A stretch of 64,000 bases of DNA from Fidelibacterota bacterium (GTDB lineage Bacteria; Fidelibacterota; Marinisomatia; Marinisomatales; Marinisomataceae), in the NCBI GenBank assembly GCA_019650355.1, contig BOWX01000004.1:718-64717 (forward strand). The letters are read 5' to 3'. The notes below the pieces were generated by a model. It saw only the letters and a program-made list of their open reading frames with translations. It had not been told where the DNA came from and ran no database searches. Each line of letters starts with the position of its first letter. The stretch's first letter is position 1. Position numbers and translations under genes: made by a program. Below are positions 40,267 through 53,402 of this stretch, one piece after another.

Positions 40267-40914
40267 ATGCAAATATTTCCAAGATGGACAAATAATTTTC
40301 CAGGAATTTTCCTGATAGCAGTTTTCCTGCTAGTCTTTTCGTTATCTTCTTTTATTTGGTACTATGGATCTCCCTATTATACAGATGTTGGTTATGCGCC
40401 AACTCAACCAGTTCCATATAGTCATAAATTACATGCTGGTGATATGGGTATAGATTGTCGATACTGTCATGTTGGCGTTGAACAGGGTTATTCAGCAGTA
40501 ATACCTCCAACTGAAACATGTATGGGCTGTCATACTTATGTAAAAACTGATAGCGAGAAATTGAAATTAGTAAGAGAAAGTTGGGAAACTGGAAAACCAA
40601 TTGAATGGATTAAAGTTCACATGCTTCCAGAATACGCTTATTTTAATCACAGCGTTCATGTTAATTCCGGAGTAGCTTGTATATCTTGTCATGGAAATAT
40701 TGCAGAAATGGAAGTTGTTTATCAAGTCCAACCTTTAAGTATGGATTGGTGTTTAGATTGTCATAGATCTGATGCACCTGAAGTAAGACCTGTAAGTGAA
40801 GTAACCAATATGTATTGGACTCCACCTGCAGATTATGATCAATTTGTTTCATCGTGGGTAGCAGAACATGGTGAAGAAAGACCTGTTGAGGATTGTCAAA
40901 AATGTCACAGATAG
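40267..40914 (+). CDS. actA: ACIII pentaheme cytochrome c subunit
   Basis: Five CxxCH motifs; N-terminal TM; QPVPYSHKLH. Confidence 0.93.
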   Translation: MQIFPRWTNNFPGIFLIAVFLLVFSLSSFIWYYGSPYYTDVGYAPTQPVPYSHKLHAGDMGIDCRYCHVGVEQGYSAVIPPTETCMGCHTYVKTDSEKLKLVRESWETGKPIEWIKVHMLPEYAYFNHSVHVNSGVACISCHGNIAEMEVVYQVQPLSMDWCLDCHRSDAPEVRPVSEVTNMYWTPPADYDQFVSSWVAEHGEERPVEDCQKCHR

Positions 40915-43900
40915 AAAAGAAGAATCAAGAATTTGTAAAGACTAATTCTCATGTTCTTGAGGATACTACTAATCAAGAATTTGGGTATTGGAAAAGTCTC
41001 AAAGATATTTCATCAGAAGATGATTATAATCGTTTTTAAAACAGTCTGAGCATAATGTTGATAACGGTCTTTCAAGAAGAAACTTTTTATCATTGATTGC
41101 TGCATCAGTTGCACTTGCGGATTAGAGGGTTGTAAAAAGCCTGTTCAAAAATAATCCCTTATGTTGAAGCTGAAATTGGTACAATTCCAGGTATTCCAAA
41201 ATATTATGCAAGTACTTTACCTTTCAAAAATAATGCTTTAGGCGTTGTTATTGAAAATCATGATGAAAGACCTGTAAAAGTTGAGGGTAATGAAAAACAT
41301 CCCACTACTTTAGGTAAATCAAATTCCTTTGCACAGGCTAGCACTTTAGAAATGTATGATCCCGATAGGGCACGAGGTGTAAAGTTTGAAGGCAATAAAG
41401 TTGATTGGAATGAATATTTAAAATTTGCTAAAAGTCTCAATGATGGCAATGGCAAAGGTTTGGCAGTACTCATGCAAGAGTCATCTTCACCAACTATTAA
41501 GTCTATTCAAGAAGACTTTAAAAAGAATTTACCAAATGCAGATTGGGTTGTATATGAATCAGTTAATAATGAAAATTTATATGACGGAATCGAACTAGCG
41601 TTTTCAAAAAGATTGCAACCGCTTTACAGATTAGAAAAAGCTCAGATTATAGTTTCATTGGGTTCAGACTTTTTGGGAGTCGATGATAATAATATATATC
41701 ATACAAGAAAGTTTGCCCAAAATAGAAACATTGTTGACGAAAATAGCACCATGAATAGATTGTATGTTGCTGAAAGCTCTATATCATCTACCGGTTCAAG
41801 TGCTGATCATAGGCTAAATGTCCCTCAACATGAGATGGAAAATTTATTAGCTGAATTAGCTTATGAACTAAAACAGCTTGGATTAAAAATTGAAGCCAAA
41901 AAAGTTAAGAGTTCAAATAATTTATGGGTTAAAGCTGCCGCTAAAGATTTATTTGATGGAAGAGGTGAATCAATTATAATTGGAGGTTCATCTTTATCTA
42001 AAGAGTTCCACCAACTGATTGCTCTAATTAACTATAATTTAAAAGCTCCTGTTGATTATTATCCTTTAAATATGTCTCAAGTTTCATCGATAAAGAATTT
42101 TGAGTCACTTTGTAATGACATGAAAAATGGCAAGATTAATAATTTAATCATTCTTGGCGCTAATCCGGTTTATGATTCTCCTGTTGATTTTGATTTTGCA
42201 GAATCATTGAAAAAGTTAAAAATTCAGTTCATTTAACTAATATCATTGATGAAACCTCAAAGCTATGTTCATGGAATATTGCTATGAACCATTATTTTGA
42301 ATGTTGGGGAGATGCAATGACTTACGATGGACATGTAGTATTGTTCAACCTCAAATTATGCCATTATTTGATTCTAAAAGTATCATTCAGGTACTTTCTC
42401 CAATCGTTCATTCGAAAGAGCAAAGTGCTATGATACTGTTAAAAATGTTTGGAAATCAAACATTATTAAAAGTGGAAATTTTGAAAGAGAATGGGATAAA
42501 GTTTTACATGATGGGTTATATAAAAACCAATTTTAAAAAGGTTAATGTCAGGCCTGCTTCAAAAATATCTACAGCTGTATTAAATAATTATAGTTTAGAT
42601 AATGATAAGTTTGAAATTGTTTTTGTCCTTCTTCATCTGTTTACGATGGAAGGTATGCAAACAACGGTTGGTTGCAAGAGATTCCTAAACCAATTACAAG
42701 CCTAACTTGGGATAATGCTGCACTAATTAGTATGAAGGTTGCAAAAAAACTAAATATCAAAAATGGTCAAATGTTAGAAATCTCAGTTGGAGATAATACT
42801 ATAAATATTCCTGCTTTTATAACACCAGGACAAAATCAAAAATCAATAACCCTCGAATTGGGTTATGGGAGAAAATTCAATGGAAGAATTGGAAATGAAG
42901 TTGGATTTAATGTTTATCCATTAAGAAGTTCTGATAGTCCATCATTTATACTAAATGGATCTATAAAAGTTTTAAACGAAACATATCCACTAGCTTCAAC
43001 ACAAGATCACCACGGATTAGAGGATGATAAGTATGCTGCACCAGGTTTTGATGACCTTGCCAATAAAGAGGCACAATCAAGAATCCCAGAATTAGTTAAA
43101 CAGTCAACATTTGATTACTATAAAGATAATCCTGACTGGGTTCAAAAAAAGGTTGAACAACATAAACCAGATAAGAATAGAAGTTGGGCTGATCATTCAA
43201 TGTATAATCCTGATTGGGATTATTCAAAAGGACCACAATGGGGAATGTCAATTGATCTAACGAGTTGTACTTCTTGTAATGCTTGTTCCATTGCTTGCCA
43301 AAGTGAAAATAATATTCCAGTTGTAGGTAAGCAGCAGGTTATGAATGGTAGAGAAATGCATTGGATAAGAATAGATAATTACTTTGCTGGAGATCCTGAT
43401 AATCCTGAAGTGTCGACTCAATCTGTAGCTTGTGTTCATTGTGAGCTTGCACCTTGTGAATCTGTCTGTCCAGTAGCTGCTACGACACACTCTTCCGATG
43501 GTGTAAATCAAATGACTTATAATAGATGCCTTGGAACCAGATATTGTGCAAATAATTGTCCTTACAAGGTAAGAAAATTTAATTTTTACAATTACACAAA
43601 AGATTTACCTGAAGTGGTACAGATGGCAATGAATCCAGATGTTTCTATTAGATTTAGAGGTGTAATGGAAAAATGTACATACTGTTATCAAAGAATTAGC
43701 TCAGCCAGAATTACTGCGGAAAATGAGGGAAGAGAAATTAAAGATGGAGACTTCCAGGTAGCTTGTCAACAATCATGTCCCGCTGATGCAATTAAATTCG
43801 GAGATATAAATGATCCTAACAGTGAAGTTAGTAAAGCAAAAAGAAGAAATCGTGATTATGCATTACTAGCTCATTTGGGTACTGCTCCAAGAACAACTTA

Positions 43901-43967
43901 TTTGGCAAAAATTAGAAATCAGAACCCAATGCTTGTTTCAAAATCTCAAAATGGGAGTTATCAATAG
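40902..43967 (+). CDS. actB: ACIII ActB (molybdopterin-oxidoreductase-like + Fe-S domains; several frameshifts)
   Basis: YWKSL, SRRNFL Tat motif, EGC, VEGNEKHP; CTSCNACSIAC, CVHCELAPC, CLGTRYCANNCPY, EKCTYC. Confidence 0.92.
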
Positions 43968-45347
43968 ATGTCAATCAAATCAAAAGCCTTGATTAGAGCA
44001 GAAAAACTTCTTCCTGGAAACCAGGATTTTACATCTATTACTGATGATATTGCTGGTGTACCTGAACAGAAAAAAACACCAATTCAATGGTGGTTATTAT
44101 TTGGATTATCACTTTCGCTTTTATCTATTTTTGTTGGAAGCGTTGGATTTCTAATTTGGGAAGGTACTGGAATATGGGGTATTAATAATCCTGTTTTTTG
44201 GGGTTGGGCTATCATCAATTTTGTTTGGTGGGTTGGTATAGGTCATGCTGGTACATTGATATCCGCAATCTTACATTTATTCAGACAGAATTGGAGAAAT
44301 GCAATTAATAGGTTTGCAGAAACCATGACCTTGTTTGCTGTTATTTGTGCACTAGTTTTTCCTGGAATTCACGTTGGTAGAATATGGGTTGCATATTGGT
44401 TCTTACCACTTCCAAACCAAATGGGAATGTGGCCTAACATGCGCAGTCCATTGATTTGGGACTTCTTTGCTGTCTTTACATATTTTACTGTTTCTTTACT
44501 TTTCTGGTACACAGGCTTAATTCCTGATTTAGCAACATTAAGAGACAGAGCAAAAGGTTTGAAAAAGAAAGTTTACGGATTTTTTGCTCTTGGATGGAGA
44601 GGTGGAAATCGTCAATGGCAACATTATGAGCTTGCCTATTTAGTGCTTGCTGGTATTTCAACTCCTCTAGTTTTATCTGTACACAGTGTTGTTAGCTCTG
44701 ACTTTGCAACAAGTGTAATTCCTGGTTGGCACACAACAATTTTTCCACCTTATTTTGTAGCTGGAGCAATTTATTCTGGCTTTGGGATGGTTATGACCCT
44801 TTCAATCATTGCAAGAAAAGTCTATAACTTAGGACATATTATTACTGTTGAGCACTTAGATAAGATGGCTCAGATTATGTTATTAACAGGCTGTATGGTT
44901 GGGTATGCCTATTCAATGGAGTTTTTTGTTGCTTGGTATAGTGGAAATCCATACGAATCCTTTGCATTTGTTAATAGAGCTTTAGGTCCATATTGGTGGG
45001 GTTATTGGGCAATGATATTTTGTAATGTTGTAGTACCTCAATTCTTTTGGTTTGAAAAATATAGAAGACACATTCCATTTTTATTTATTACCTCTATTCT
45101 TGTGAATATTGGAATGTGGTTTGAAAGATTTGTTATTGTTGTTATCACACTTCATAGAGATTTTATGCCTGGAGCATGGGCAATGTATAATCCAACAATG
45201 TGGGATGTTGCTATTTACTTGGGAACGTTTGGATTGTTTTTTACTGGATTTTTATTATTCCTAAGATTTTTACCAATGGTTTCAATTGCAGAAGCAAAAT
45301 TAGTTTTACCTGAGTCGGATCCACATCATGGAGATAGTCATGAGTAA
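43968..45347 (+). CDS. actC: ACIII NrfD-like quinol-oxidising subunit
   Basis: [33 protein letters not shown]. Confidence 0.95.
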   Translation: MSIKSKALIRAEKLLPGNQDFTSITDDIAGVPEQKKTPIQWWLLFGLSLSLLSIFVGSVGFLIWEGTGIWGINNPVFWGWAIINFVWWVGIGHAGTLISAILHLFRQNWRNAINRFAETMTLFAVICALVFPGIHVGRIWVAYWFLPLPNQMGMWPNMRSPLIWDFFAVFTYFTVSLLFWYTGLIPDLATLRDRAKGLKKKVYGFFALGWRGGNRQWQHYELAYLVLAGISTPLVLSVHSVVSSDFATSVIPGWHTTIFPPYFVAGAIYSGFGMVMTLSIIARKVYNLGHIITVEHLDKMAQIMLLTGCMVGYAYSMEFFVAWYSGNPYESFAFVNRALGPYWWGYWAMIFCNVVVPQFFWFEKYRRHIPFLFITSILVNIGMWFERFVIVVITLHRDFMPGAWAMYNPTMWDVAIYLGTFGLFFTGFLLFLRFLPMVSIAEAKLVLPESDPHHGDSHE

Positions 45348-45873
45348 ATATGGTGTAATAGCAAAGTTTGACAATCCTCAATCATTGGTGCATGCTGCAG
45401 AAAAAGTAAGAGATGAAGGTTTTACTAAATTTGATTGTCATTCACCATTTCCAATTCATGGTATGGATGATGCCATGGGTTTAAAACGTTCAAAGCTTGG
45501 TTATGTTATTGGAGCAATGGGTTTAACTGGAGCATTATTTGGATTTGGGCTACAAACTTGGATTCATTCTATTGAATATCCAATGAACATTAGTGGTAAG
45601 CCATATTTTGCATATCCTGCGTATGCTATTATTACTTTTGAGTTAATGGTTTTATTTAGTGCTTTTGGTGCAGTATTTGGAATGATGTTCTTTAATCGTA
45701 TTCCAAGATTCCATCACCCTGTTTTTTATTCTGAAAAATTTTCTGATGTCAGTAGTGATGCATTTTATGTAAGCATTGAAATTGATGATCCTAAGTATGA
45801 TGAAAGTGGTGTAATCGATTTTTTAAAAAATATTGGTGGAACTGAAATAGAGGTATTGACAGATGAGAATTAA
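45340..45873 (+). CDS. actD: ACIII ActD (DUF3341)
   Basis: [21 protein letters not shown]. Confidence 0.92.
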   Translation: MSKYGVIAKFDNPQSLVHAAEKVRDEGFTKFDCHSPFPIHGMDDAMGLKRSKLGYVIGAMGLTGALFGFGLQTWIHSIEYPMNISGKPYFAYPAYAIITFELMVLFSAFGAVFGMMFFNRIPRFHHPVFYSEKFSDVSSDAFYVSIEIDDPKYDESGVIDFLKNIGGTEIEVLTDEN

Positions 45874-46471
45874 TATTATTTTATTTTGTTTACTATTTCT
45901 GACTGGATGTTTTAGAGGTTCAAAGTTTGAAAGCACTCCAATACATTTAAATCCAAATATGGATAATCAACAGAAATATCGTTCTTTGGAAGAAAGTAAT
46001 TTTTTTACTGATGGATCAACCATGAGAAAGCCTATTGAAGGAACTGTAGCAAGAGGAATGATTGCTGATAATCATTCATTTATTAGCGGTAAAAATGATG
46101 ACGGCACATTTATAATTTCTAACCCACTTGAATTGTCTGCTGAAGTTCTTGATAGAGGACAGGAAAGGTATAACATTTATTGTAGTGTTTGTCACTCACA
46201 GGTTGGTAACGGAAAAGGTATTGTTACTCAATATGATTATCCAGTAATTCCAGCAAATTTACATGATCAACGTATCAGAGAGCAAGCTGATGGAGAAATG
46301 TATAATACTATTGTTTATGGTCTACGAAGTATGCCTGCTTACGGTTATCAGATAGATACTGAAGATGTTTGGTCGATCGTTCATTATGTAAGAGCGCTTC
46401 AAAGAAGTCAAAATGCTACTTTTGAAGATTTGCCAGAAGAAGAGCAAAATAAATTAGGTGACAATTCATGA
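45863..46471 (+). CDS. actE: ACIII monoheme cytochrome c lipoprotein
   Basis: LTGC lipobox, GTVARG, CSVCH, MPAY. Confidence 0.92.
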   Translation: MRINIILFCLLFLTGCFRGSKFESTPIHLNPNMDNQQKYRSLEESNFFTDGSTMRKPIEGTVARGMIADNHSFISGKNDDGTFIISNPLELSAEVLDRGQERYNIYCSVCHSQVGNGKGIVTQYDYPVIPANLHDQRIREQADGEMYNTIVYGLRSMPAYGYQIDTEDVWSIVHYVRALQRSQNATFEDLPEEEQNKLGDNS

Positions 46472-47673
46472 TGAATCTTGATCCAAAGACTTATTCTTAT
46501 GTTTCAAAAAAATCAAATAATTTGATTCTAATTGCAGTTGGTTATATTGCAATACTTTTAACTTGGTTTTTTGGCTCATCAGATAAGGTATTTTACTTCT
46601 CATACTTAACTTCATATTTTTATTGGCTGAGTATCATTTTAGGTGGAATGTTCTTTATTATGGTGCATTATGCTTTTTCAGCAACTTGGAGTGTGTCTAT
46701 AAGAAGAATCATGGAAAATACAATTATGTTAATACCGTTATTCACTCTACCATTTATTCCAATTATTTTTGGCATGGAAAAGTTATTTAAATGGCTTCCT
46801 AATCACTACTATTGGAAAACTCATGATTTTGAGGCTGACTATTTAATTCAACACAAATTAGCATATTTAAATGAAGACTCATTTATTTTTAGAGCATTCC
46901 TATATTTTGCTTTATGGAATATTATAGCACTATTTATATACTTTAATTCAATGAAGCATGATAAAAGCGGTGACATAAAAATTCTGGAGAGATTAAGATA
47001 TTTTTGTATGAGTCCAATGGGCGTCTTCTTCTTTATTAGTCTAACATTTGCAGGATTGGATTGGCAAATGAGTCTTGATCCGCACTGGTATTCAACTATG
47101 TATGGTGTTTACACATTTGCAGGAGCTTTCTTGGCATTCTTAGCTTTCTTAACATTTACATAATTAGATTACAAGATCAGGGATATTTAAAAGATATAGT
47201 ATCTATTGAACACTTTCATGATTTAGGAAAGTACTTATTTGCTTTTACAGTATTCTATTGCTATATAGCTGGCGCACAATTTTATTTCATTTGGTACAGT
47301 AATATTCCAGAGGAAACCATATGGTATCTCCACAGATGGGTTGGCTCTTGGAAAGCTATAAGTGTATTATTAATTGTAGGTAAAATTTTTCATTCCATTT
47401 TTCATTTTAATTTTTAGAGGTTCGAAAAGAAATATTAGGTTATTACAAGTTATGACCATTTGGGTTTTATTTATGCATTATATAGATATTAATTTTATCA
47501 TAATGCCTACTGTACATAAACAAGATTTTTATTTTGGTATTTACGATTTGATTACAATGTTAAGTTTTGCATTAATTTTTATTGGGGGTTTTAAATACAT
47601 AACCTCAAGATCAAATCTTGTACCATTAAATGACACAGAGCTTGTACATTCAATTAATCACAGGAATCATTAA
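46468..47673 (+). CDS. actF: ACIII ActF (frameshifts ~47160 and ~47390)
   Basis: DWQMSLDPHWYSTMYG; HDLGK, WYSNIPEE in the downstream frame. Confidence 0.9.
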
Positions 47674-47675
47674 TC

Positions 47676-47975
47676 ATGGATCATAATTCAGGGTACGAAA
47701 AAAAAGATATTCCAGTAAGACCAGTACTAATAGGAGGAGTTATATTTATTCTAACTGTTCTAGGTACCATTTACATGCTTTATGAATACTATATTCGAGT
47801 TCTTGATAGCACTACTTATGAATTTAAGTTAAGTAAGCGTTCAACTAACTTAGAAGAGCTGAATAAATTTGAGCAAGAAAATCTCAATAGCTATAAAGCT
47901 AAAGATGGCGAAGAAAACAGTTACCAAATTCCTATTGAAAGATCAAAGGAAATCCTTCTGAATGAAAAGAAATAG
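47676..47975 (+). CDS. ActG-like single-TM subunit
   Basis: GYEKKD, one TM, IPIERS; position in the act operon. Confidence 0.65.
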   Translation: MDHNSGYEKKDIPVRPVLIGGVIFILTVLGTIYMLYEYYIRVLDSTTYEFKLSKRSTNLEELNKFEQENLNSYKAKDGEENSYQIPIERSKEILLNEKK

Positions 47976-48786
47976 TATTTTTCTTTCTATTTTTCTTTTA
48001 CTCACAAATCTTGCGCATGCCCAAACTCTAAAAAAAGAATTTCCAAGCGAACAGCAAATAGATGTTATTGAAAATTTGGGCGATTTTATTCCGCTTGATA
48101 CTGTTTTTATCGATGAGAGCGGTAGTGAGGTAGAGCTATCAACTTTTTTTAATAAGGAGATCCCAACAGTCTTAACATTAAATTATTTTGAATGCCCAAT
48201 GTTATGTACTCTTGTTCTTAATGGTCTTGCTGAATCATTAAAAAATTTAACTTTGAATGCTGGAGATGAATTTCAGGTTATAACTATTGATATTAATCCA
48301 AATGAAAAAACTTTATTCGCAAATCAAAAAAAGAAAAATTACATCAAGGGATTTGGGTTAGAAAATATTAAAGATGACTGGCATTTTCTTACTGGAACAG
48401 AAGAAAATATAAAAAAAGTTGCAGATAGCATTGGTTATATATATTATTATGATGCGCAGAGAGATGAATATATGCATCCAGCTGCCATAACATTACTAAG
48501 TTCTGAAGGAAAAATTTCCCGATATCTATATGGAATTGAATATCCAGTTAAGGATTTAAAATTGGGAATTTTAGAAGCATCAGAGGGGAAAATTGGTAGT
48601 ACTTTAGATAAGATTATTTTGTATTGTTATCATTATGATCCATACAAAAATACTTATACAATTTTTGCTACCAATATTATGCGTTTAGGAGGTATATTTA
48701 CTATCCTTTTTCTATGCATTATGCTAGTAAGTTATTGGAAAAAAGATAAAAACTTATTTGATAAGGACAGTTTGAATGTTAGATAG
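47962..48786 (+). CDS. SCO family copper chaperone
   Basis: CPMLC, WHFLTG, HPA, RYLYG. Confidence 0.92.
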   Translation: MKRNSIFLSIFLLLTNLAHAQTLKKEFPSEQQIDVIENLGDFIPLDTVFIDESGSEVELSTFFNKEIPTVLTLNYFECPMLCTLVLNGLAESLKNLTLNAGDEFQVITIDINPNEKTLFANQKKKNYIKGFGLENIKDDWHFLTGTEENIKKVADSIGYIYYYDAQRDEYMHPAAITLLSSEGKISRYLYGIEYPVKDLKLGILEASEGKIGSTLDKIILYCYHYDPYKNTYTIFATNIMRLGGIFTILFLCIMLVSYWKKDKNLFDKDSLNVR

Positions 48787-49749
48787 ATTGACAGAGTATT
48801 TCTTTCCCAAGCAAGTATCAACTTTTGCAGTGATATTGATAACCTATATTTTTCATTTTTATTCATCAGTAGCACTCTTCTTAATAGTTGTTTTTGGTAT
48901 GGTTTATTTATCAATTAAATATCGTCATCGTAAAGGCGAAGAACTGAAGTTGACGAGCAGCAAAGATCATAGTAACCTACTTGAGTCTATGTTCTTTATT
49001 ATACCTTTAATTTTAGTATCCATTACTTTTGTTTGGGGTATACGTTCTTATCTAAAAATGGTAATCGTTCCAGATGATGCTATTGAGATTAAAGTTACTG
49101 GACAAAGCTGGTTTTGGACTTTTGATTATCCAGATGGAGGTACAACCCTTAATGAGTTAGTTGTTCCATCAAATAAGCCAGTTAAGTTAGTTTTATCATC
49201 TAAAGATGTTTCTACACAGCTTCTTCATTCCTGTTATGAGAAGTAAAATGGATTGCTTACCAAACCGATATAATGTAATGTGGTTTGATGCAACTAAGGA
49301 AGGAGTTTACGATATATTTTGTACTGAATATTGTGGAACTGGACACTCTCAAATGGGAGCAAAAGTTATAGTTATGCAGCCCAGCACAATATGAAGAATG
49401 GGCAAGTGAACTTGGTTCTGAAGATGACGATCTTCCATTAGACGAGTTAGGTGCAAAGCTTTATACAAAGAAAGCATGTAATACTTGTCACACTCTTGAT
49501 GGCTCTGCTTTAGTTGGACCTTCTTACCTGCAAACCAGTCAAATGTGGGGACAGGAAAGAGTTTTTGATGATGGAACTTCCACAGTCATAGATGACAATT
49601 ATATCAGAAGTTCTATACTAGAACCAATGACACAAATTGTAGCTGGCTATCAAGGAGTTATGCCAACCTATCAAGGATTATTAAGTGATAGAGAACTTGA
49701 TGCATTGATCGCCTTTTTGAAAACATTGAACGAGGATTCTCAAATTTAA
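48776..49749 (+). CDS. coxB: Cytochrome c oxidase subunit II with C-terminal cytochrome c (caa3-type; frameshifted)
   Basis: GQSWFW, HSF, CTEYCGTGHSQM (CuA); CNTCH and MPTY downstream. Confidence 0.92.
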
Positions 49750-49769
49750 TTGTAAATTAAGAGGAATTT

Positions 49770-51393
49770 ATGAGTGAAAATACAAAGCAGAATTATTTAA
49801 ACCATCCAAAAGGAATAATGTCCTGGTTGCTTACATTGGATCATAAGCGAATTGGTTTAATGTACTTATTTAGTGGAATCTTATTTTTCTTTTTAGGAGG
49901 ATTGCTTGCTCTGGTAATGAGATTTGAGCTTGCAGCTCCTGGAAACGATATAATTTCAAATGAAGTTTATAACAATGCTTATACTTTGCATGGAGCAATA
50001 ATGATATTTCTATTTATTATTCCCGCAATTCCTGGAGCATTAGGAAATATTTTACTTCCACTTATGGTTGGGGCAAAAGACGTTGCTTTTCCTAGATTAA
50101 ATTTAGCCAGTTTTTATATTTATTCTTTTGGGGCATTGTTTGCAATGTATACAATTATTAATGGCGGTGTTGATACTGGTTGGACTTTTTACACACCATA
50201 TTCTACTCAAAGTACATCAAATGTAGTTCCAATGACTTTAGGAATCTTTATTATAGGATTCTCATCTATTTTAACTGGTTTAAATTTTATTGCCACTGTT
50301 CACAAAATGAGAATACCTGGCCTTACTTGGTATAAGTTGCCTCTGTTTGTTTGGGCTTTATATGGAACATCCTTAGTACAAATTACTGCTACACCTGTTC
50401 TAGCAATTACCATGGTTTTGTTAATGCTTGAAAGATTTTTAGGTATTGGTATTTTTGATCCTGCTTTAGGTGGTGATCCAGTTTTATACCAACATTTCTT
50501 TTGGTTTTATTCTCATCCAGCAGTTTACATTATGATTCTTCCTGCTTTTGGTATTATAAGTGAAATCATTCCAGTGCATTCAAGAAAGAAAATTTGGGGA
50601 TATAAATTTATTGCTTATTCAACTCTTATCAATTGCGTTTATTGGATTTTTAGTTTGGGGTCATCATATGTTTACTTCAGGACAATCTGTCTTTTCACAG
50701 ATTGTTTTTTCTTTTATTACATATTTTGTTGGAATTCCAACTGGTGTAAAAATCTTTAGTTGGATTTTGACAATGTATAAAGGACAGGTTTCCTTTACTC
50801 CTCCAATGTTTTATGCATTAGCATTCTTATTCTTGTTTACAATCGGTGGATTAACTGGAATATTTTTAGGAGCAGTTGCATTAGATATTCATTTACATGA
50901 CACTTATTTTGTTGTTGCTCACTTCCATTATGTAATGCAGGGTGGAACCATTGTAGCCTTCTTAGGAGGACTACATCATTGGTGGCCAAAATCTTTTGGA
51001 GTAATGTATAATCAAACTATAGCAAATATTGCTGCTTTAGGTGTGTTTATAGGATTTAATGGAACATTTTTTCCACAATTCTTACTTGGTTTAAGAGGAA
51101 TGCCTAGAAGATATGCAACTTATGATGAGCAGTTTGTTGAATTGCATAGTTATTCAACATTTTGGTCAGGCATACTTGGTATTTCAATTTTTATAGCTGT
51201 AATGAATTTATTTTGGTCATTTATTAAAAAGAATAAAGTTGATCCAGGTTCAAATCCATGGGGAGGTATGACACTAGAATGGACACATACTTCATCACCA
51301 CCTCATCCTCATAATTTTGAAGAAGAGCCGGTATTGCAGCATGGTCCATATGATTATGATAAGGTCATTGTTGAGAAAACATATAAGAAATAA
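49770..51393 (+). CDS. coxA: Cytochrome c oxidase subunit I, A2 type (frameshift ~50625)
   Basis: [37 protein letters not shown]. Confidence 0.95.
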
Positions 51394-52052
51394 TGGGACA
51401 TCATAATCCAGATTCACCAAGCCATTTAAAGCATTATTTTCATGATGTAAATCAGCAGTATGAGACATCTAAATTTGCCATGTGGGCATTTATTTTAACA
51501 GAGGTTTTGACATTCGCAGGACTTTTTGTTGCATACATAGTTTATAGATCTTGGTACCCAGATATGTTCGTTGATGCACATAAATTATTAGATGTTAATA
51601 AGGGACTTATGAATACAATTGTGTTAATCACAAGTTCTCTTACTATGGCTTTAGCAATATGGGCTATTCAAAAAAATAATAAAAAGCTTTCGGTATTAAT
51701 GTTAGTAGCAACTTTTATTTTTGCACTGGTTTTTTTAGGCATTAAATACTTAGAATATTCTCATAAGTTTGAAGTAGGACAGTTGCCTGGAGAATTTTAT
51801 TCTTATATGGGTCCTGATGCGGCGCATTTGAACAACCCTCACATCTTCTTCAGCATTTATTTCATTATGACTGGTTTGCATGGTTTGCACGTAGCAATTG
51901 GAATGGGTTTGATTGCATGGTTAATCTACAGTACTCAGAAAGGAAATTTGACCTCAGAATACTATACGCCAATGGAAATGATCGGAATATTTTGGCATTT
52001 AGTCGATTTAATTTGGATTTACTTATTCCCACTTTTTTATTTGATTGGATAA
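51393..52052 (+). CDS. coxC: Cytochrome c oxidase subunit III
   Basis: TEVLTF, TGLHGLHV, WHLVDLIW. Confidence 0.95.
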   Translation: MGHHNPDSPSHLKHYFHDVNQQYETSKFAMWAFILTEVLTFAGLFVAYIVYRSWYPDMFVDAHKLLDVNKGLMNTIVLITSSLTMALAIWAIQKNNKKLSVLMLVATFIFALVFLGIKYLEYSHKFEVGQLPGEFYSYMGPDAAHLNNPHIFFSIYFIMTGLHGLHVAIGMGLIAWLIYSTQKGNLTSEYYTPMEMIGIFWHLVDLIWIYLFPLFYLIG

Positions 52053-52058
52053 CAAGAC

Positions 52059-52478
52059 ATGTCAGAACATCATATAACACCACTAAGAACTTACTTAATT
52101 ATAGCTGCTTCATTATTGTTTTTATCTGGAGTAACTGTTTGGGTTTCTTATATTGATTTAGGGTCATTCAATATAGTTCTTGCTATGTTTGTTGCAACTG
52201 TTAAAGCTAGTCTAGTAGCTTTCTTTTTTATGCACCTTTTATGGGACGATAAAAAAAATCTTACCATGTTTTTAATGTCCTTAATGTTTTTTGGAATCTT
52301 TGTTACTATCACCATGTTAGATACTGAATTCAGAGGTGACCTTGGCTTAAATCCAGAAACAAAAGATCCAATAAATAAAAGAGCAGCATTTTATGATACT
52401 TTACCTCTGACAGATACACACGGCCACCCAGTCGATGAACATTCTGATAAACATCACGAGGATAAGGATCATCACTAA
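52059..52478 (+). CDS. Cytochrome c oxidase subunit IV (CtaF-like), His-rich C-tail
   Basis: ATVKASLVAFFFMHL. Confidence 0.88.
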   Translation: MSEHHITPLRTYLIIAASLLFLSGVTVWVSYIDLGSFNIVLAMFVATVKASLVAFFFMHLLWDDKKNLTMFLMSLMFFGIFVTITMLDTEFRGDLGLNPETKDPINKRAAFYDTLPLTDTHGHPVDEHSDKHHEDKDHH

Positions 52479-53402
52479 ATGGCAAATAAGCTTTTTTTTA
52501 GATCTGCACTTATTTCAACTATCCTATCTTACCTTTTAATTTTTGTTGGAGGACTTGTTCGTGTATCTGGTTCTGGTCTAGGCTGTCCAGATTGGCCTAA
52601 GTGTTTTGGAAGATGGGTTCCTCCAACTAGTATAGAGCAAATTCCTGCACATATCGATCCTACCGCTTTTAATATCGTACTTGCATGGATTGAATATGGT
52701 AATCGAATGTTGGGAGTTATTGTTGGCTTTTCGATTATTATAATGACATTTATTGCAGTACTATATTTTAGAAACAATTCTAAAATTTTATATTCTGCTT
52801 TATTATCATTATTTCTTGTAGGTGCAAATGGAGGACTTGGTGCAATTGTAGTATCGTCAGTATTAAATCCTTTCATAGTGAGTTTACATATGATATTGGC
52901 TTTATTTTTGGTTTCAGTATTAAGTTATGGAACTATTGAGTCATACAAGCTTCTTAATCCCATTAAGCTTTCGAATATTGTATTATCAAAGAAGATATCT
53001 ATTTCATTAATTGCACTATGGGGTCTTATTGTTGTTGAGATTCTACTTGGAACAGGAATTAGGACTAATATTGAATTAATTGCTATTGATAATCCACTTT
53101 TTTCAAAAGGAGAACTCTTAAATGCTTTAAATTCTTACAAGTATTTACATTCAATACTAGGATTCTCACTTTTATTTTTGAGTATGTATTTATGCTATTT
53201 ATTTAAAAATGATTTTTTAGGTCTTTCAAAGCAGCTAGTATATTTCATTTTTGGTATGATATTATTTCAAATTTTTTTAGGAGAATTAATGATTTTTTTT
53301 GAGCTTCCACAACTCACTAGACTTTTTCACACGTGGGGTTCATCTTGGCTTGTAGGAATAATAATTATATTGTATAATACTCTGCAATATGAGCAGTCTT
53401 AA
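52479..53402 (+). CDS. ctaA: Heme A synthase
   Basis: SGLGCPDWPKC, EYGNR, SLH, LFH. Confidence 0.9.
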   Translation: MANKLFFRSALISTILSYLLIFVGGLVRVSGSGLGCPDWPKCFGRWVPPTSIEQIPAHIDPTAFNIVLAWIEYGNRMLGVIVGFSIIIMTFIAVLYFRNNSKILYSALLSLFLVGANGGLGAIVVSSVLNPFIVSLHMILALFLVSVLSYGTIESYKLLNPIKLSNIVLSKKISISLIALWGLIVVEILLGTGIRTNIELIAIDNPLFSKGELLNALNSYKYLHSILGFSLLFLSMYLCYLFKNDFLGLSKQLVYFIFGMILFQIFLGELMIFFELPQLTRLFHTWGSSWLVGIIIILYNTLQYEQS

